Positions 28,428 to 42,240 of a stretch of 64,000 bases of DNA are shown in pieces. Position 1 is the stretch's first letter, and every line of letters begins with the position of its first letter. Source of the DNA: the human T2T-CHM13v2.0 reference genome, Homo sapiens. The DNA is taken from NCBI RefSeq assembly GCF_009914755.1, contig NC_060930.1. One strand, 5' to 3'. The notes below the pieces were generated by a model. That model did no database searches and was not told the DNA's origin. It saw only the letters and a program-made list of their open reading frames with translations. Both the position numbers and the translations under genes were made by a program.

Positions 28428-28430
<3 letters not shown>
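25650..28430 (-). mobile_element. Old L1M (3' UTR into ORF2), split by an Alu
   Basis: gattcatccgtgttattggg...ttcctttttatcgctgaatagaattccatt; the minus ORF at 27855-28130 retains the RT-region motif [10 protein letters not shown]. Confidence 0.85.
26672..26972 (-). mobile_element. AluSg-type
   Basis: Full dimer; 17-bp TSD gaattttaatatttctt at 26655-26671 and 26975-26991. Confidence 0.93.

Positions 28431-28431
<1 letters not shown>

Positions 28432-28470
<39 letters not shown>
28432..28470. repeat. (TG)n microsatellite, ~19 units
   Basis: Perfect tgtgtg run. Confidence 0.97.
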
Positions 28471-28472
<2 letters not shown>

Positions 28473-28499
28473 TATCCTTGTTATTAATACAATTTATTT

Positions 28500-28612
28500 A
28501 TTTGCAAGTTAATTTAATTTTTAATGATGGCTCTATTAAACAACCAGCTTGCAGAATTCCTAAAAATTTAACCATTAGTTCTGGTACAAACTACATGGTA
28601 TAAACACACTCC
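28500..28612 (+). mobile_element. MER63-like hAT DNA transposon end fragment
   Basis: aacaaccagcttgcagaattcctaaaaatttaaccattagttct resembles the MER63 terminal region as I recall it. Confidence 0.55.
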
Positions 28613-30645
28613 TGGATCATGGTATCCTTACTTGATTGTTTCACTTTTTTAATACTTAAAGTTTTAAAAATTGATGTAGCTAGAAATATCAAAACCTTGT
28701 CTTTTCAGACTTTGGCAGTATATTAAAAAGGTCTCCTCTTGTTATTATATTATAATAATGTTTGCATTTTCTTAGAGCAGTCTTAAAATATTATATTTAC
28801 ATATCAAAATCTTTAATTTACCTGAAATTTATTTTTATGTAAAGTGTGAGGAAAGGGTCTAAATGTTCCTCTCAAATGCTAGCCTGTTGTCATAATGTCA
28901 TTTATTTGAATAAACTGTGCTTCTACTTCACATTTATGACAAACAAAATTCTGATAAATACTTGAATCTGTTCTGTGAATTTCTGTTCTGTCCCATTGAT
29001 TTTCTATTTTTTATGGTCAGTGTCACACTGTTCTAATTAGTAAATCTTAAAAATACATGTGTTTTTTTCATTTAGAGCATCTTTAACACTACTCTTTTAA
29101 TTTTTGTTTCAGAGCTATTTGTGTATACTATCATTTCAAATGCATTACATAATCATTTTTGTAATGTCAAATAATCACATTAGGATTTTAAGTACTTTAA
29201 ATTAAATGTTTTGCTTCATCACGATATTGAATCCTATCCAACAACATGATATTTTATATATTTATATGCTGATAGTTATATTGGCATATAATTCAAATTT
29301 AAGAATATTATTCAAATATTCTTAAATTTCATGTAGTTAAGGATTTTTTTGTATGTTTTCATTTTTGTTTGTTTGGATGCACCCATGAATGTGTTATGTC
29401 CTTCTATTTTCTCATTTTTTAAATTGTGGTAAAATAAACATAACATAAAATTGATTATCTGAACTATTTTTAAATTTACAGGTGAGTGGCATTTAATACA
29501 TTCATATTGTCGTGCAATCATCACTACAATTCATCTCTAGAACTCTTTTCATCTTGTGAAACTAAAATTTTATACCCATTAAACATTAATGCTCCATTTC
29601 ACCCTTCCCCACCCCCTGGTAACCATCGTTCTGCTTTCTTTCTGTATGACTTTCACTACTGTAAGTATCTCATAAGAGTGAAATCATACAGTATTTGTCC
29701 ATTTGTGACTGGTTTATTTTGCTTAGCATAATTTTCCAAGGTTTATCCATGTTGTAGCATATGTTGTTATTTCCTTCCTTTATAAGGCTGAGTAATATTT
29801 CATGAATGCATATACCACATTATGCTTCTCCATTAATCAGTGGGCATTTGAGTGGTTTCCATATTTTAGCTACTATGAATAATGCTTTAGTGAACATAGT
29901 GTGCAACTATTTCCTTGAGACCCTGCTTACAATTCTAGGCACATACCCAGAAGTAAAACTGCAGGATAATACAGTAATTCTATTTTTTAATTTTTGTGGA
30001 ACCTCAATAATGTTTTCTACAGTAGCTGTATCATTTTACATTCCAACCAAAAGTACATGAGAATTCCAATTACTTTGCATCTTAGAAAACACTTGCTATT
30101 TTTTTAAATAATGCTTATCCTAATGGCATGTCATTGTAGTTTTGATTTGCATTTTCCTATTTTCCTGATGATAAGTGATGTTACATATTTTTTTTCATGT
30201 GCTTACTGGCCATTTATATATCTTCTTTGGGGAAATGTCAATTCATATCCTTTGCTTATTTCTAATCTGATTGTTTTCTTGTTGTTGAGTTTTAGGAGTT
30301 CTCTATGTATTCTAGATATTAATTATCAGATATATAATTTGCAGATATTTTCTCCCAGTTCCTTGGATTTGCCTTTTTACTCCGTTTATAGTGTCCTTCA
30401 GTAAACACTTTTTTAATGAAGTTCAGTTTGTCTATTTTTTCCTCTTGTTGCCTATGTATTTGGTATAATATCTAAGAAATGATTACCAAATACACTGTCA
30501 TTGAAAGTTTGTACCATGATATCTTACATTTGGGGCATGGATTCATTTTGAGTTAATTTTTGCATATGGTGTTATGTAACATCCAACTTCATTGTTTTTG
30601 CATGTGGATAGCTAGTTTTCCTAGCACGATTTGTTAAAAAGATTG

Positions 30646-30783
30646 TCCTTTTCCCATTGAATGGTCTTGGCATTCATCAACAATTATTTGACAAAATATG
30701 CAAGGGCTTATTTCTCCTTTTCCCATGCAATGGTCTTGGCATTCATCAACAATTATTTGACAACATATACAAGGGTTTATTTC
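30646..30783. repeat. 69-bp tandem duplication, 2 copies
   Basis: tccttttcccattgaatggtcttggcattcatcaacaattatttgac...aagggcttatttc repeated at 30646-30714 and 30715-30783 with 5 mismatches. Confidence 0.95.
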
Positions 30784-31087
30784 TGGGGTCCTTATTCTAT
30801 TCATTGGTCTCTGTGCCTGTCTTTAATGCCAGTACCACACTATTTTGGTTACTGCAGCTTTGTAATAAGTTTCAGAGTCAGAAAATATGAGTGATACAGC
30901 TTTGCTCTTTTCAAGATTGTTTTGACTATTCAGGATCCCTTAAGATTCCATATGAATTTTGGGATGGGTATTTCTATTTCTGCAAAAAAAAAAAAATCAT
31001 TGGGATTTTCATAGAAATTGCGTTGACTCTGTAGATTGCCATGGGTAATATTGACATCTTAAAAATATTAAGTCTTCTAATCTATGA

Positions 31088-31479
<392 letters not shown>

Positions 31480-32779
31480 AAATTTTTAAGTAATTTTTAC
31501 TTTTTGATGGTATTATAAATTATATTGTTTCCTTAATTTGATTTTCAGCTTGTTCACTGATATTGTATAGAAATGCTACTGATTTTTGTGTGTTTACTTT
31601 GTGATCTGCTTCTTTGCTGGATTCACTTATTCTAACTTTTGTGAAATCTTTAGATTTTCTACATATAAGATTGTTATCATCTGCAAAAATAGATAATATT
31701 ACTTCTATTTTATTTTTTCAAATTTGAATGCCTTTTATTTTTTTTCTTGCCTAATTCCTCTGACTATAACTTCCAAAGCTTAGTTGAATAGAACTTAAGA
31801 GCATACATCCTTTCCTTGTTCCTGATCTTAGAGAAAAAAACTTTCAGCTTTTCACCATTGAGTATTAATTTGCTGATTTTGTATAGGTTACTTAGTTTGT
31901 TGGCATACAATTATTCATAGTATTCTCTTATGTCTTTTTTTTATTTCTGTGGACTCAAAAGTAACATCCCCACTTTTATGTCTGATCTTAGCAAGTCTTA
32001 GACAATCTAGCTAAAAGTTTGTCAGTGTCATTGATATTTTCAAAAAAACAACTTTTGCTTTAATTGAATTTTTTCTATTCTCTATTTAATTTATCTCTAA
32101 TATTTGTCATTTCTTTCATTTACTAGCTTTGCATTTAGTTTGTTCTTAATTTTATAGTTCATTAAGTTGTAAAATTAGGTTGCTGAGTTAAGATCTTTCT
32201 TTTCGTTTAATGTAAACATTTATAACTATAAATTTCTTCATCAGTATTGCTTTAGTTGTGTTCTATAACTGTTGGCATATTGTGTTGTACTTTAATTTTC
32301 TGTTAGTGTTTTCTAATATTTCCCTTATAATTTTCTATTTGACCTATTCATTGTCTAAAAGTGTGTATTTTTAATTTTCACAGAATTTTGACATTCACCG
32401 TTTTTCTTTTATTATTGACTTTTAACTTTATCCTATTGTGGTTTTAGAAGATACAAAGTATCCATATGTTTAATGCCCCAAATTGTTTACTATTGTATTA
32501 AATATTCAATATCAATGGAATATAGATGAAATTATTTGTACAACAAAGTGGTTAAATATTGTGCAATTATTAAAATAATAAAAATCATATGCAAAGATGG
32601 TCACATATTCAATGAATCAAAATAATAATAGATATAAATAGAGGAATTAGAGCTGCAAAAATTATAAGTGCTTTTGGTAAATATTGTTGAGAAATTCACA
32701 CACAAAAAAATTATAGCATGGTAATAGGATTATATTTAATTTGTTTTTATTTTGCTGAACATTTAAACAATTATTTTAC

Positions 32780-33645
32780 AGTTTTATTTTACTGTTAAAA
32801 ATTGTATATAGTTACAGCATATAATTGATACATAAATATATTGCGAAATAACCATGACATTCAGATAATTACCATATCCATCTCCTCAAATAGTTTTTCT
32901 TTTCTTTTCTTTTTTTCTTTTTATAATGTCATGAGAACAATTAAGATCTGCCTTCTTGGCCAGGCGCGGTGGCTCGTGCCTGTAATCCCAGCACTTTGGG
33001 AGGCCAGGCGGGCGGATCACCTGTGGTCAGGATTTCGAGACCAGCCTGACCAACATGGTGAAACCCCATCTCTACTAAAAATACAAAAAATTAACCAAAA
33101 GCAGTGGCGCGTGCCTGTGGTCACAGCTGCTCGGGAGGCTGAAGCAGGAGAATTGCTTGGACTCGGGCGACGGAGATTGCGGTGAGCCGAGATCGCGCCA
33201 CTGCACTCCAGCGTGGGTGACAGAGTGAGACTTCGAGACTTCGACTCAAACAAAACAGAAATCTACCTTTTCAGCAAATTTCAAGTATATAATAAAGTAT
33301 TGTTAACTATGGGCACTATGTTTTATATTGGATGTCCAGGAATTATTCGTCTAGCATAACTAAAACTTTATACCCCTTGACCAACGTCTCTCCATTTGCT
33401 TTCCCTCCAATTTCTGATATCCTTCATACTACTCTTTGCTTCTCTGCTATGAGTTTGAACTTTTTATATTCCACCTGAGAACATGCAGTATTTGTTTTTC
33501 TGCATTTGTCTTATTTCACTTAACGTAATGTCCTCCAGGTTCATCTATGTTGTTGCAAACAGCAGAATTCCCTTTGTTTTTAAAGCTGAATAATTTTCAA
33601 TTGTGTATATACACATTTTTGTTATCCATTCATCTGTTGACATAA
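32780..33645 (-). mobile_element. L1MA-like 3' fragment, split by an Alu
   Basis: catatccatctcctcaaatagtt...gagaacaattaagatct[Alu]ttcagcaaatttcaagtatataata...ttaactat. Confidence 0.75.
32958..33257 (+). mobile_element. AluSx-like
   Basis: ggccaggcgcggtggctc...ggatcacctg...cgagaccagcctgaccaacatgg; 8-bp duplication gagacttc near the 3' end. Confidence 0.93.
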
Positions 33646-34076
33646 AATATTAATCTTTTAAAATCTATTGAAATTTAATTTGTGGCCTAACATATGGCCC
33701 TATGCCGTATGTTGGAAAATGCTCCAATGCACTTGAAAATAGTGTGTATTTGGTTGTTGCTTGGAAGAACGTTCTGTACATGTCTGTTATTTTTAATTGA
33801 TTTATAATGTCATTTCAATGTTCTATTTCCTTACTTATCACCTGGCTGGTAGTTCTATTTATTATTGGTTGTGGAATATTGAAGTCTTTAACTATTATTG
33901 TATAACTCTCTATTTGCCGTGTAATTCTGTCAGTTTTCAGATTTCATATTTTGATGTTCTATTAATACGTATGTAAATATTTTTGATATTTCTTCTTCCT
34001 ACATTGAAACCTTTATTAATATATAACATCCTTCTTTGACTCTTTTAACTATCTTGTTTTAAAGTCTATTTTGCTT

Positions 34077-34250
34077 TGGGGACTACAAATGATGGAACAG
34101 TAGCAGGGGGATGAAGGCTGAAAAATTACCTATTGGGTACAGTGTTCACTATTTAGGTGATGGGTACACTAAAAGCCCAGACTTCTGATAATGCAGTTTA
34201 GGAGTGTTAGAAATCTTACTTGTACCTACTTAATATAGAAAAAAATAAAC
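34077..34250 (+). mobile_element. L1PB/L1MA 3' tail
   Basis: aaaattacctattgggtacagtgttcactatttaggtgatgggtacactaaaagcccagacttc plus A-tail. Confidence 0.8.
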
Positions 34251-34973
34251 CCTTTCAGCTTTGGTTTTACCATTTTTAAAATGAAAAAATTAAAATGAAA
34301 ATAAACTCAATTTTATTTGATGTTAATATAGCTGCCCATACTCTGTTTCTGTTTGCATTAACAATCTTTTGCTGTCTTTTAACTTCAATCTATTTGTGCC
34401 TTTGAATCTAAAGTGAGTCTTTTGCAGACAGCATATATTGTAATCATTTTTTAAAATCCTCTCCACCAATCTCTTTAATTGGAGAGTTTAATCCATTTAC
34501 ATTTAAAGTAATTACTGATACAGAGGAACTTATTTCAGTCATTTTGTTAATTGGTTTCTTCATTCCTTACAGCTTTTTTTCTCTCACTTTCTGCATTACT
34601 CTTTTCATATGTGTTTAATTGATTTTTTTGTAGTCAAACATTTAAATTACTTCCTTATTTGCTTTTGTGTATATCATATAGTTAATTCTTTCTGTGATTA
34701 TCATAGAGATTATATATAACATTCTAAAGTTATAATACTCGAATTTAAATTTATAACAGCTTAACTGCAATCACATACAAAAACTGCTCTTTTATAGCTC
34801 CATATCTACCCCCTTTGGTTGTCTGAGTCTCCAAATTGCATCTTTGTACATTGTGTGCCCAAATGGTTGCTTAAATTGTGTTAAAACAAAATATGAAGTT
34901 AAAAAACCAAAGTTACAATAATACTAGTGTTTTTTGGTAATAATTTTGCTTGTTTAAAATTCATTAGCCTCTT

Positions 34974-35274
<301 letters not shown>

Positions 35275-35588
35275 TCATTAACCTCTGAAATCAGGTTGAA
35301 AACAAAAGGTGTAGTTACAAACTTTTGTTACGATAACATTAGCTTTGATAATTGTTCATTTTTTTTACCTTTATTGAAATCTTTATTTCTACATACAGCT
35401 TTGAGTTACTGTCTAGTTCCCTTTTATTTCATCTTGCAGAGTGCCTGGAAGATTTCTTGCAGGTCAGATCGAATGGTGATAAACTGCCTCTGCTTTTATT
35501 TATATGGAAATGTCTTAGTTTCTCATTCTATTTTGAATGACACTTGCTGGATATAGAATTATTGGTTAACAGTTTTTTTTTCTTTTAG

Positions 35589-36255
35589 TGGTTGGTGAGA
35601 TTGTGGAGAAAAGGCAACACTTACACACTGTTAGTAGGAATGTAAATTAGTTCAACCACTGTAGAAAGCAGTTTGGAGATTTCCCAAAGAATGTAAAACA
35701 TTACTACCATTTGACTCAGATATCCCATTCCTGGGTATACCCTCATAGGAAAATATATCATTCTACCAAAAGGACACATGTACTTGTATGTTTATTGCAG
35801 CACAATTCACCATAACAAAAACATGGAATCAACCTCAGTTCCCATTAGTGATGGACTGGATAAAGAATGTGGTATGTACGTATCATGGAATACTATGTAG
35901 CCATAGTAATGAATGAAATTATGTCCTTTGCCACAACATGAATGCAGCTGAAGGCCATTATCCTAAGTAACTAATGCAGAAACAGAAAACCAAATACTGC
36001 ATGTTCTCACTTATAAGGGGGAGCCAAACAGTGGATGCACAAGGACATAAAGATAAACACAACAATCATTGGGAACTCCAAAACATAAATAGAGGGAAGG
36101 AAGTAAGGCTTGAACAACTTTTCACTGGGTGCTGTGTTCACTATTTGGGTGACAGGATCTAAGGAAGCCCAAACCTCAGCATCATGCAATATAACTGTGT
36201 AATAAACCTGCATATGTACAACTGAATCTAAAATTAAAATACAAATAAAGTTAGT
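35589..36255 (+). mobile_element. L1PB-type 3' end
   Basis: ORF2 C-terminal motif (QKTKYCMFSLI in ORF 35974-36162) and PB-type UTR gaagcccaaacctcagcatcatgcaatat...gaatctaaaattaaa. Confidence 0.85.
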
Positions 36256-36283
36256 TGAAAATGATTTTTAAATCTTCTATGTC

Positions 36284-36687
36284 TGATATGGTTTGTGTCT
36301 GTGTCCCCACCCAAATCTCATGTCGAATTGTGATCCCTAGTATTGGAGAAGGGGCCTGGTGGGAGATGATTGGATCATGGGGCTGATTTCTAATGGTTTA
36401 GTACCATCCCCCTATAGTGTCTTGTGATAGAGTTTTCATGAGATCTGGTTGATTGAAAGCGTGTGGCTCTTCCCCCTTCACTCTGTCTCTCCTGCTCTGA
36501 CATGTAAAGATGTGTTTGCTTCCCTGTCACCTTCTGCCATGATTGTAAGTTTTCTGAGGCCTCCCCAGCCATGCTGCCCCTACAGCCTGTGGAACTATGA
36601 GTGAATTAAACCTCTTTTTTAAACACATAAATTACTCAGTCTCTGGAAGTTCTTTATGGCAGTGTGAGATGAACTAATATTAATACA
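36284..36687 (+). mobile_element. MSTA-like MaLR solo LTR
   Basis: tgatatggtttgtgtctgtgtccccacccaaatctcatgtcgaattg...taataca; TSD atgtc/atatc. Confidence 0.92.
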
Positions 36688-37172
36688 ATATCTTCTTGCT
36701 TTGTTGTGTTTCTCTAATTGCTGAGTGAAGGGTATTAACACCTACTTCTGTAATTGTGGAGTTGTTTTCACTTTTAATTCTCTCAAGTTTTTAAGATTTA
36801 TTTCAATGTTCTATAATAAGGTGCATACTTATTCATAATGTTTTGTTTTATTGATACAACTTACCCTTTAATATTTTGAAGTTATTCTCATTATCTTCAG
36901 CAATACTCTGTATTGAAGTGCCTCTCATCTGATATTTACATAGCATCTTGGGCTTTCTTATGCTTACTCTTTGAATGATACATCTATTTTTTGTCTTGTT
37001 ACTTTTAATCTATATCTGTCTTTATATTTAAAATAGTTTCCTTGAAGTTAGGTCTTGCTTATTTTATCTATTTTGATTATCTCTGATTTTTAATTATAGT
37101 ATACTGCCTTAATATTTAATATAATGATTGCTATTACAGATTTAGGTTATGCATTGTTGTTTGCTTGGGCAT

Positions 37173-37457
37173 TGCTATGGTTTGAATGTTTGTGTCCCCT
37201 CCAAAATTTATGTTGAAATTGAATACCCATTTCAACAGCGTTAAGAGATGAGACTTTTAGGAAGTATTAATAATTAGATTTTTGCCTTATAAAAAAAAAC
37301 TGGAGGTTATTTTTGCCTTATGGCCTTTCGTCATGTGAGGAGCCATCTTAAAAAGCAGAGATAGGAGCCATCTTGGAAGCAGAGGCAAGACCCACACCAG
37401 ACACAAACTTGCAGGTGCAGTGATTTTGTGTTTCTGACCTCCAAAACTGTGAGAACT
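37173..37457 (+). mobile_element. MSTB/MSTC-like MaLR LTR, truncated
   Basis: tgctatggtttgaatgtttgtgtcccctccaaaatttt...ccatcttggaagcagag...cctccaaaactgtgagaa. Confidence 0.8.
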
Positions 37458-38100
37458 GTCTTTAGCCAAAATAATTTATTTTAGCATTTTTTGTAGTGTA
37501 GACCTGGTGGCGACACATTTTTTCAGTTTTTCTTTATCTAAAATTTTTTTTACTTCATCTTAATTTTTGGTGAATTTATTTGGTGGATATAGAAACCTGA
37601 GTTTGCTTGTTTATTTTGTTTTGTTTTATTTTTTCTCCAGTAATTTAAATGTCAGCACTGTCTTCTGATATGCAAAGTTTCTTTTTAAAAAGTCTACAGT
37701 TCCTTGAATTATTGTTCCCTAGTGCTTACTGTATTATGTTTTCTCTGGCTGCTTTAAAGATTTTCTCTTCATATTTGGCTGTCAGTGGTTTGATCATGAT
37801 GTGACCAGTAGTTTCATTTAAATTTAACCTTTGGTGTTCACTGGCCTCTGTAATCTGTAAATATGTCTTTCACCAGATTTGAGAACTTTGGTTATTATTT
37901 CTTCATATATTTTTCCTGCCTTATTTCTTTCTTCCTCTCCATCTAAGACTTTGATTGTATGTTAGGCCTTTTAAAATTGCCCCACATGTTCTCAGAATTG
38001 TTCCTTTTGTAAAACTGTTTTATCTACTTCTTTAGATGAAATAATTTGTAATGGTTTATCTTCCAAGTTTACTGACTTTCTTGCTATCTCTAATGTGCTG

Positions 38101-38503
38101 TGATATGGTTTGGGTCTGTGCCCCTACCCAAATCTCATGTTCAATTGTAATCCCCAGTGTTGCAGGTGGGGCCTGGTGGGAGGTCACTGGATCATGGGGC
38201 TGGATCCTTCATAAATGGTTTAGCACCATCACTTTGGTGCTGCTCCCATGATAGAATTATCATGAAATCCGGTTGTTTAAAAATGTGTGGCACCCCACCA
38301 TCTCTCTCTTCCTCCTGCTCCAGCCAGGTAAGATGAACCTTCTTCCCCTTTGCCTTCCACCATGATTGTACGTTTTCTGAGGCCTCCCCAGCTATGCTTC
38401 CTATACAGCCTGTAAAAGTATGAGCCAATTAAACCTCTTTTTAAAAAATGAGTTACCCAGTCTCAGGTATTTCTTTACAGCAGTGCACGAACAGACTAAC
38501 ACA
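38101..38503 (+). mobile_element. MSTA-like MaLR solo LTR
   Basis: TG...CA termini (tgatatggtttgg...cagactaacaca) with a perfect 5-bp TSD tgctg at 38096-38100 and 38504-38508. Confidence 0.95.
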
Positions 38504-39619
38504 TGCTGCTAACTCAGTGTTGTAAGTTTTTATTTCAGATAAATTGCCCCTTTTATTCTTGTTTATGCATTATCTTTCTCTTTATATGCTGAGATTCTCT
38601 TTTATTTCATTATGAGTATACTTTCTTTTTCTTCATTGACAAACCAAAAAAATATTTTGTTTAAAGTTCCAGTCTGATAATTCCAGGTTCTGGGTTATTT
38701 TGGGTTTGGCATCTGCTGATTTTCTTTCTCTTTGACATTTGACCACATTTTCCTAGCTCTTCATATGTTTTGCAGTTTTAGATTTTATCCTGGACATTTT
38801 TGATATTATGTTGTGTAGACCCTGGATCCTGTTATATTGTTCCAAATAGTGTTGATACTTTTTTTATTATTTTTAGCAAGGTATTACCTGCATTGGACTA
38901 ATTCTGAGACCATTAAGCTTGCAGTGGGCAATGGTTTAGTTCTGAGTTGAGCCAACCTGGTTTTATTTTTTTAAAAAAAACAGTGTGATTCAGGAGCAGT
39001 CCAGAGATTGAGTTTATGCCCAAATTTAGTGGTCTCCTTCTCTGGCACCCACATTTTGGGATTTTCCCCTGATTTTCCAATTGCCCTGTTTGTCCTGGAT
39101 CCTCTTCTCTTGGTTACTCCAGACAGAATAATGACATGTTTTTCTATTAGAATTTCAGGATCTATGACTACAATCACATATATGCAGTAAAAACCAGAAA
39201 GTCTCTCCATGCATATCACTTGCTTCAAGTTTCAGTTGACCTTCAGAAGCTACCTGGTATTTATCAGCCTCCTAGGCTTGTCAGGTAGTTGTCATTTGTG
39301 TTTTTCTCCCCACAGTTTGTAGCTATTAGTGGAAAAACAAGTTTTATAGTCACTCATTTCTCAATTTCGAAAGTGGACATTCTAATAATTAATCTTAAAT
39401 TTGTGTTTTGCATGATACATTCTTTCATTTTGCCTTCTGTTTGTTTTGAATTATTCTTGCATAGATGCCTTGTCATTACTTTTTATTTTGCTAATGATTT
39501 TCATTAAGACATTCTTTTTTGTGACCCAGTGTGGGTGATATTTTTTTGACTCATTCTCATCTTTGTATACACCTGTTCTCTTTTGGATCAAGCTTCAGTT
39601 TGGAGGCTGATGCTGTATA

Positions 39620-39850
39620 ACAATTGTTAATACTATGTGCTAGGCATCGGGCTATGAATGCTTTCTATGTGCAGTATTTTACAATGTTCACAAAACTTTA
39701 TAGTTACATGATTTCTCAATTTAAATCATAGGAAAATCAAGACTTACAGTGGATACATAACCTGCCCATGTTGATAGAGTCAGTATGTGGTAGAAATACA
39801 TCAAAGTTTAGTAAGAGTTTTCAACACCATGAAATTATCCAGCTTCCCAC
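39620..39850 (-). mobile_element. MIR
   Basis: tactatgtgctaggcatcgggcta...attttaaatcataggaaaatcaagactt...taacctgcccatg. Confidence 0.7.
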
Positions 39851-39895
39851 CTGTCTTGATTACTTTCATTTGTGTATGCTGAGGAAAAGAGAGGC

Positions 39896-40430
39896 TATAT
39901 TAGTTTCATATTGTTGTCATAACTAATTACCACAAATTGGGTGGATCAAACAATGCAAATTTATTTTCTTACCATTCTGAGTTCAAAAGTCTTTCATGGC
40001 TCTTATCCATTCAAAAGTCCTTCATGGATTCCTGAATCAAGGTGTTGGTAGGGCTGTGTTCCTTTAGGGAGTGTTTAGAAGAGAATCCATTTAACCTGTC
40101 TTTCTGGCTTGTACAAGTTGTCTGTATTTCTTTTGATACATGGCCTCCTGATTCCATCTTTAAAGCCTTCTCTGGCCCTGCTTTTATAGTCATATATTTT
40201 TTCAGACTCTCTTCTTCATCTTTCCTTTCACTTTTAAGGATTCTTGTGATTAAACCGGGTCTATCTTGATAATCCAAAATTATCTCCTTACCTTAAGGTG
40301 AACTGATTATCAACCTAAATCTCACATGTAACTTTATTTTTCCTTTTCCATGTAAACTAATATATTCCCAGGTTCCAAGAATTCACACTTGGATATCTTT
40401 GGGAGAGCCATTAATTATTAGCCTACTACA
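39896..40430 (-). mobile_element. MLT1-family MaLR LTR
   Basis: tattagtttc...taattaccacaaattgggtgg...aaatttattttctt...aaggtgttggtagggctgtgttcc...gagaatcc...attattagcctactaca. Confidence 0.85.
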
Positions 40431-41037
40431 GAGCCTAAGAGCAGAGCTCGATAAGATCTTAGGTCTGAAGTCTCTTGTATTAGGTCAACTGGGGAGAGTG
40501 GTCCCAGAATTCATCCTCCTTTACATATTATGAGTAAAAATCCTGAAGAAGGGTTAATCCACTTCAACATAATTATACCTATTACAATGAAGGAAAACTT
40601 GGGCTTCACTAACTCAAGGAGGATGTCTTCACTGCAGAGAGAAACAATGAGCTACAATATTCACATGCTCACATTCATTGACCTCTCTCTGACACTTATC
40701 TCGACATCACCCCTAGCCAGTGGAGGGAGCAGTTAGATCATACCAACACATTTTATCCCAGTTTATTGGTTTTCAGAGAACTTCTTACTGGTGTTTCCCT
40801 CTCAATTAGAAAATCATATTATTTTGTGCAACATTTTACCATCTATATTTATTGCTGGGTATAATGGGCACTGGCAATAATGATCATTCTCCTGAGCTAT
40901 CCAGAAATCCTTTATTTTTTTCCTTTTATGTTTCTCTGAAAAAAAGAAAGAGACTGAAATTCTTGTAGAAAAACTTCTTCTACTCACTTTACACATCCTC
41001 AAGTATGATTATTTTCAGACTGGTGTGTATTAGCAGA

Positions 41038-41337
<300 letters not shown>

Positions 41338-41759
41338 TATTAGCGGAAATTGTAAGGATTTAACCTCTCACTTTTCCCTAAATACTAGCTAATTTTCTTA
41401 CAATGATGAGGGATTTGGATTAGAAAGTGTAGGAAACCAAGCTGAAACAGAGTAAGTATCACAGGTTACAAAATTATATTGGGTACTTTCTTTGGTTTAA
41501 GTATTACTATTAATAATCGCCTCATTGAGCTTATCATGTTATTCATTCCATTGGGTTCTCAAGTATAGAGCTTTTATCCTTTGGCCTTATTCTACCTTCT
41601 GATGTTGAAAAAGTTATATGCATGTGTACATGTATGTAAATACATACATACCTGTATATAGTACATAGTATATACATGTGAAAGATTCTACTTAGAGTCA
41701 ACCACGTTAATATATTTAAAATAAAAGACTTTTTATTCACATTCTTATACGTTTGGTAT

Positions 41760-42240
41760 GTTTGCTTTGTATGTACATGTTTTTACTTTACTGAAATTAA
41801 GCCATGTTGTACATTTCATACTAATTATTATTTTATTATTCAAATGTTACATTTTTTAAATGGTCCATCTATGTTTTCATGATTTTATAATTTTCATAAT
41901 TACATTTAGTCCATTGATTCCAACAGCTTCATTATTCTACCACCACGACCAAGACCCATTTCTTACATAACCCTCTGGTGATGGAAAGAAGATTGGTTGC
42001 CTCCATATCCCTGATGTCAAATATGATGCTGCTGTGAACATTCTGTCACATATCTTCTCAGTAATGTGTTTGAGAATTTGCTTGAGTCTGTACTCAGGAT
42101 CAGAATTTCTGAGTTAAATGGTACATGTATATTTTATTTGACTACATTCCAAAAGCTTGCTCTGCAGAATAGTTAATTAGATCTCCATCCCCAACACTGC
42201 ATGAAGGCTTATATATTCCACATCGCTGTAAACAAGAGAC
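41760..42240 (-). mobile_element. Ancient L1ME-like 3' fragment
   Basis: gatgctgctgtgaacattct...tcaggatcagaatttctgagttaaatggta. Confidence 0.55.

Larger units (their letters stand above)
36690..39370 (-). mobile_element. Ancient L1M segments around the MaLR LTRs
   Basis: T-rich antisense L1-like motifs (ctttatatttaaaatagtttcc, ttttctctggctgctttaaagattttctc, tctgataattcca). Confidence 0.6.

Noticed and set aside
30646-30783. Direct repeats as a CRISPR-like array or repeat protein
   Set aside because: Two adjacent copies with no spacer, inside a decayed L1 in mammalian DNA.
32841-33253. 114-aa and 78-aa ORFs (and similar ones at 63, 4395, 4851, 18066, 31084, 34990)
   Set aside because: Typical Alu-derived translations ([18 protein letters not shown]).
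39982-40027. 18-bp direct repeat in the MLT1 LTR (also the 18-bp repeat at 20383-20418)
   Set aside because: Ordinary local slippage duplications with no sign of function.
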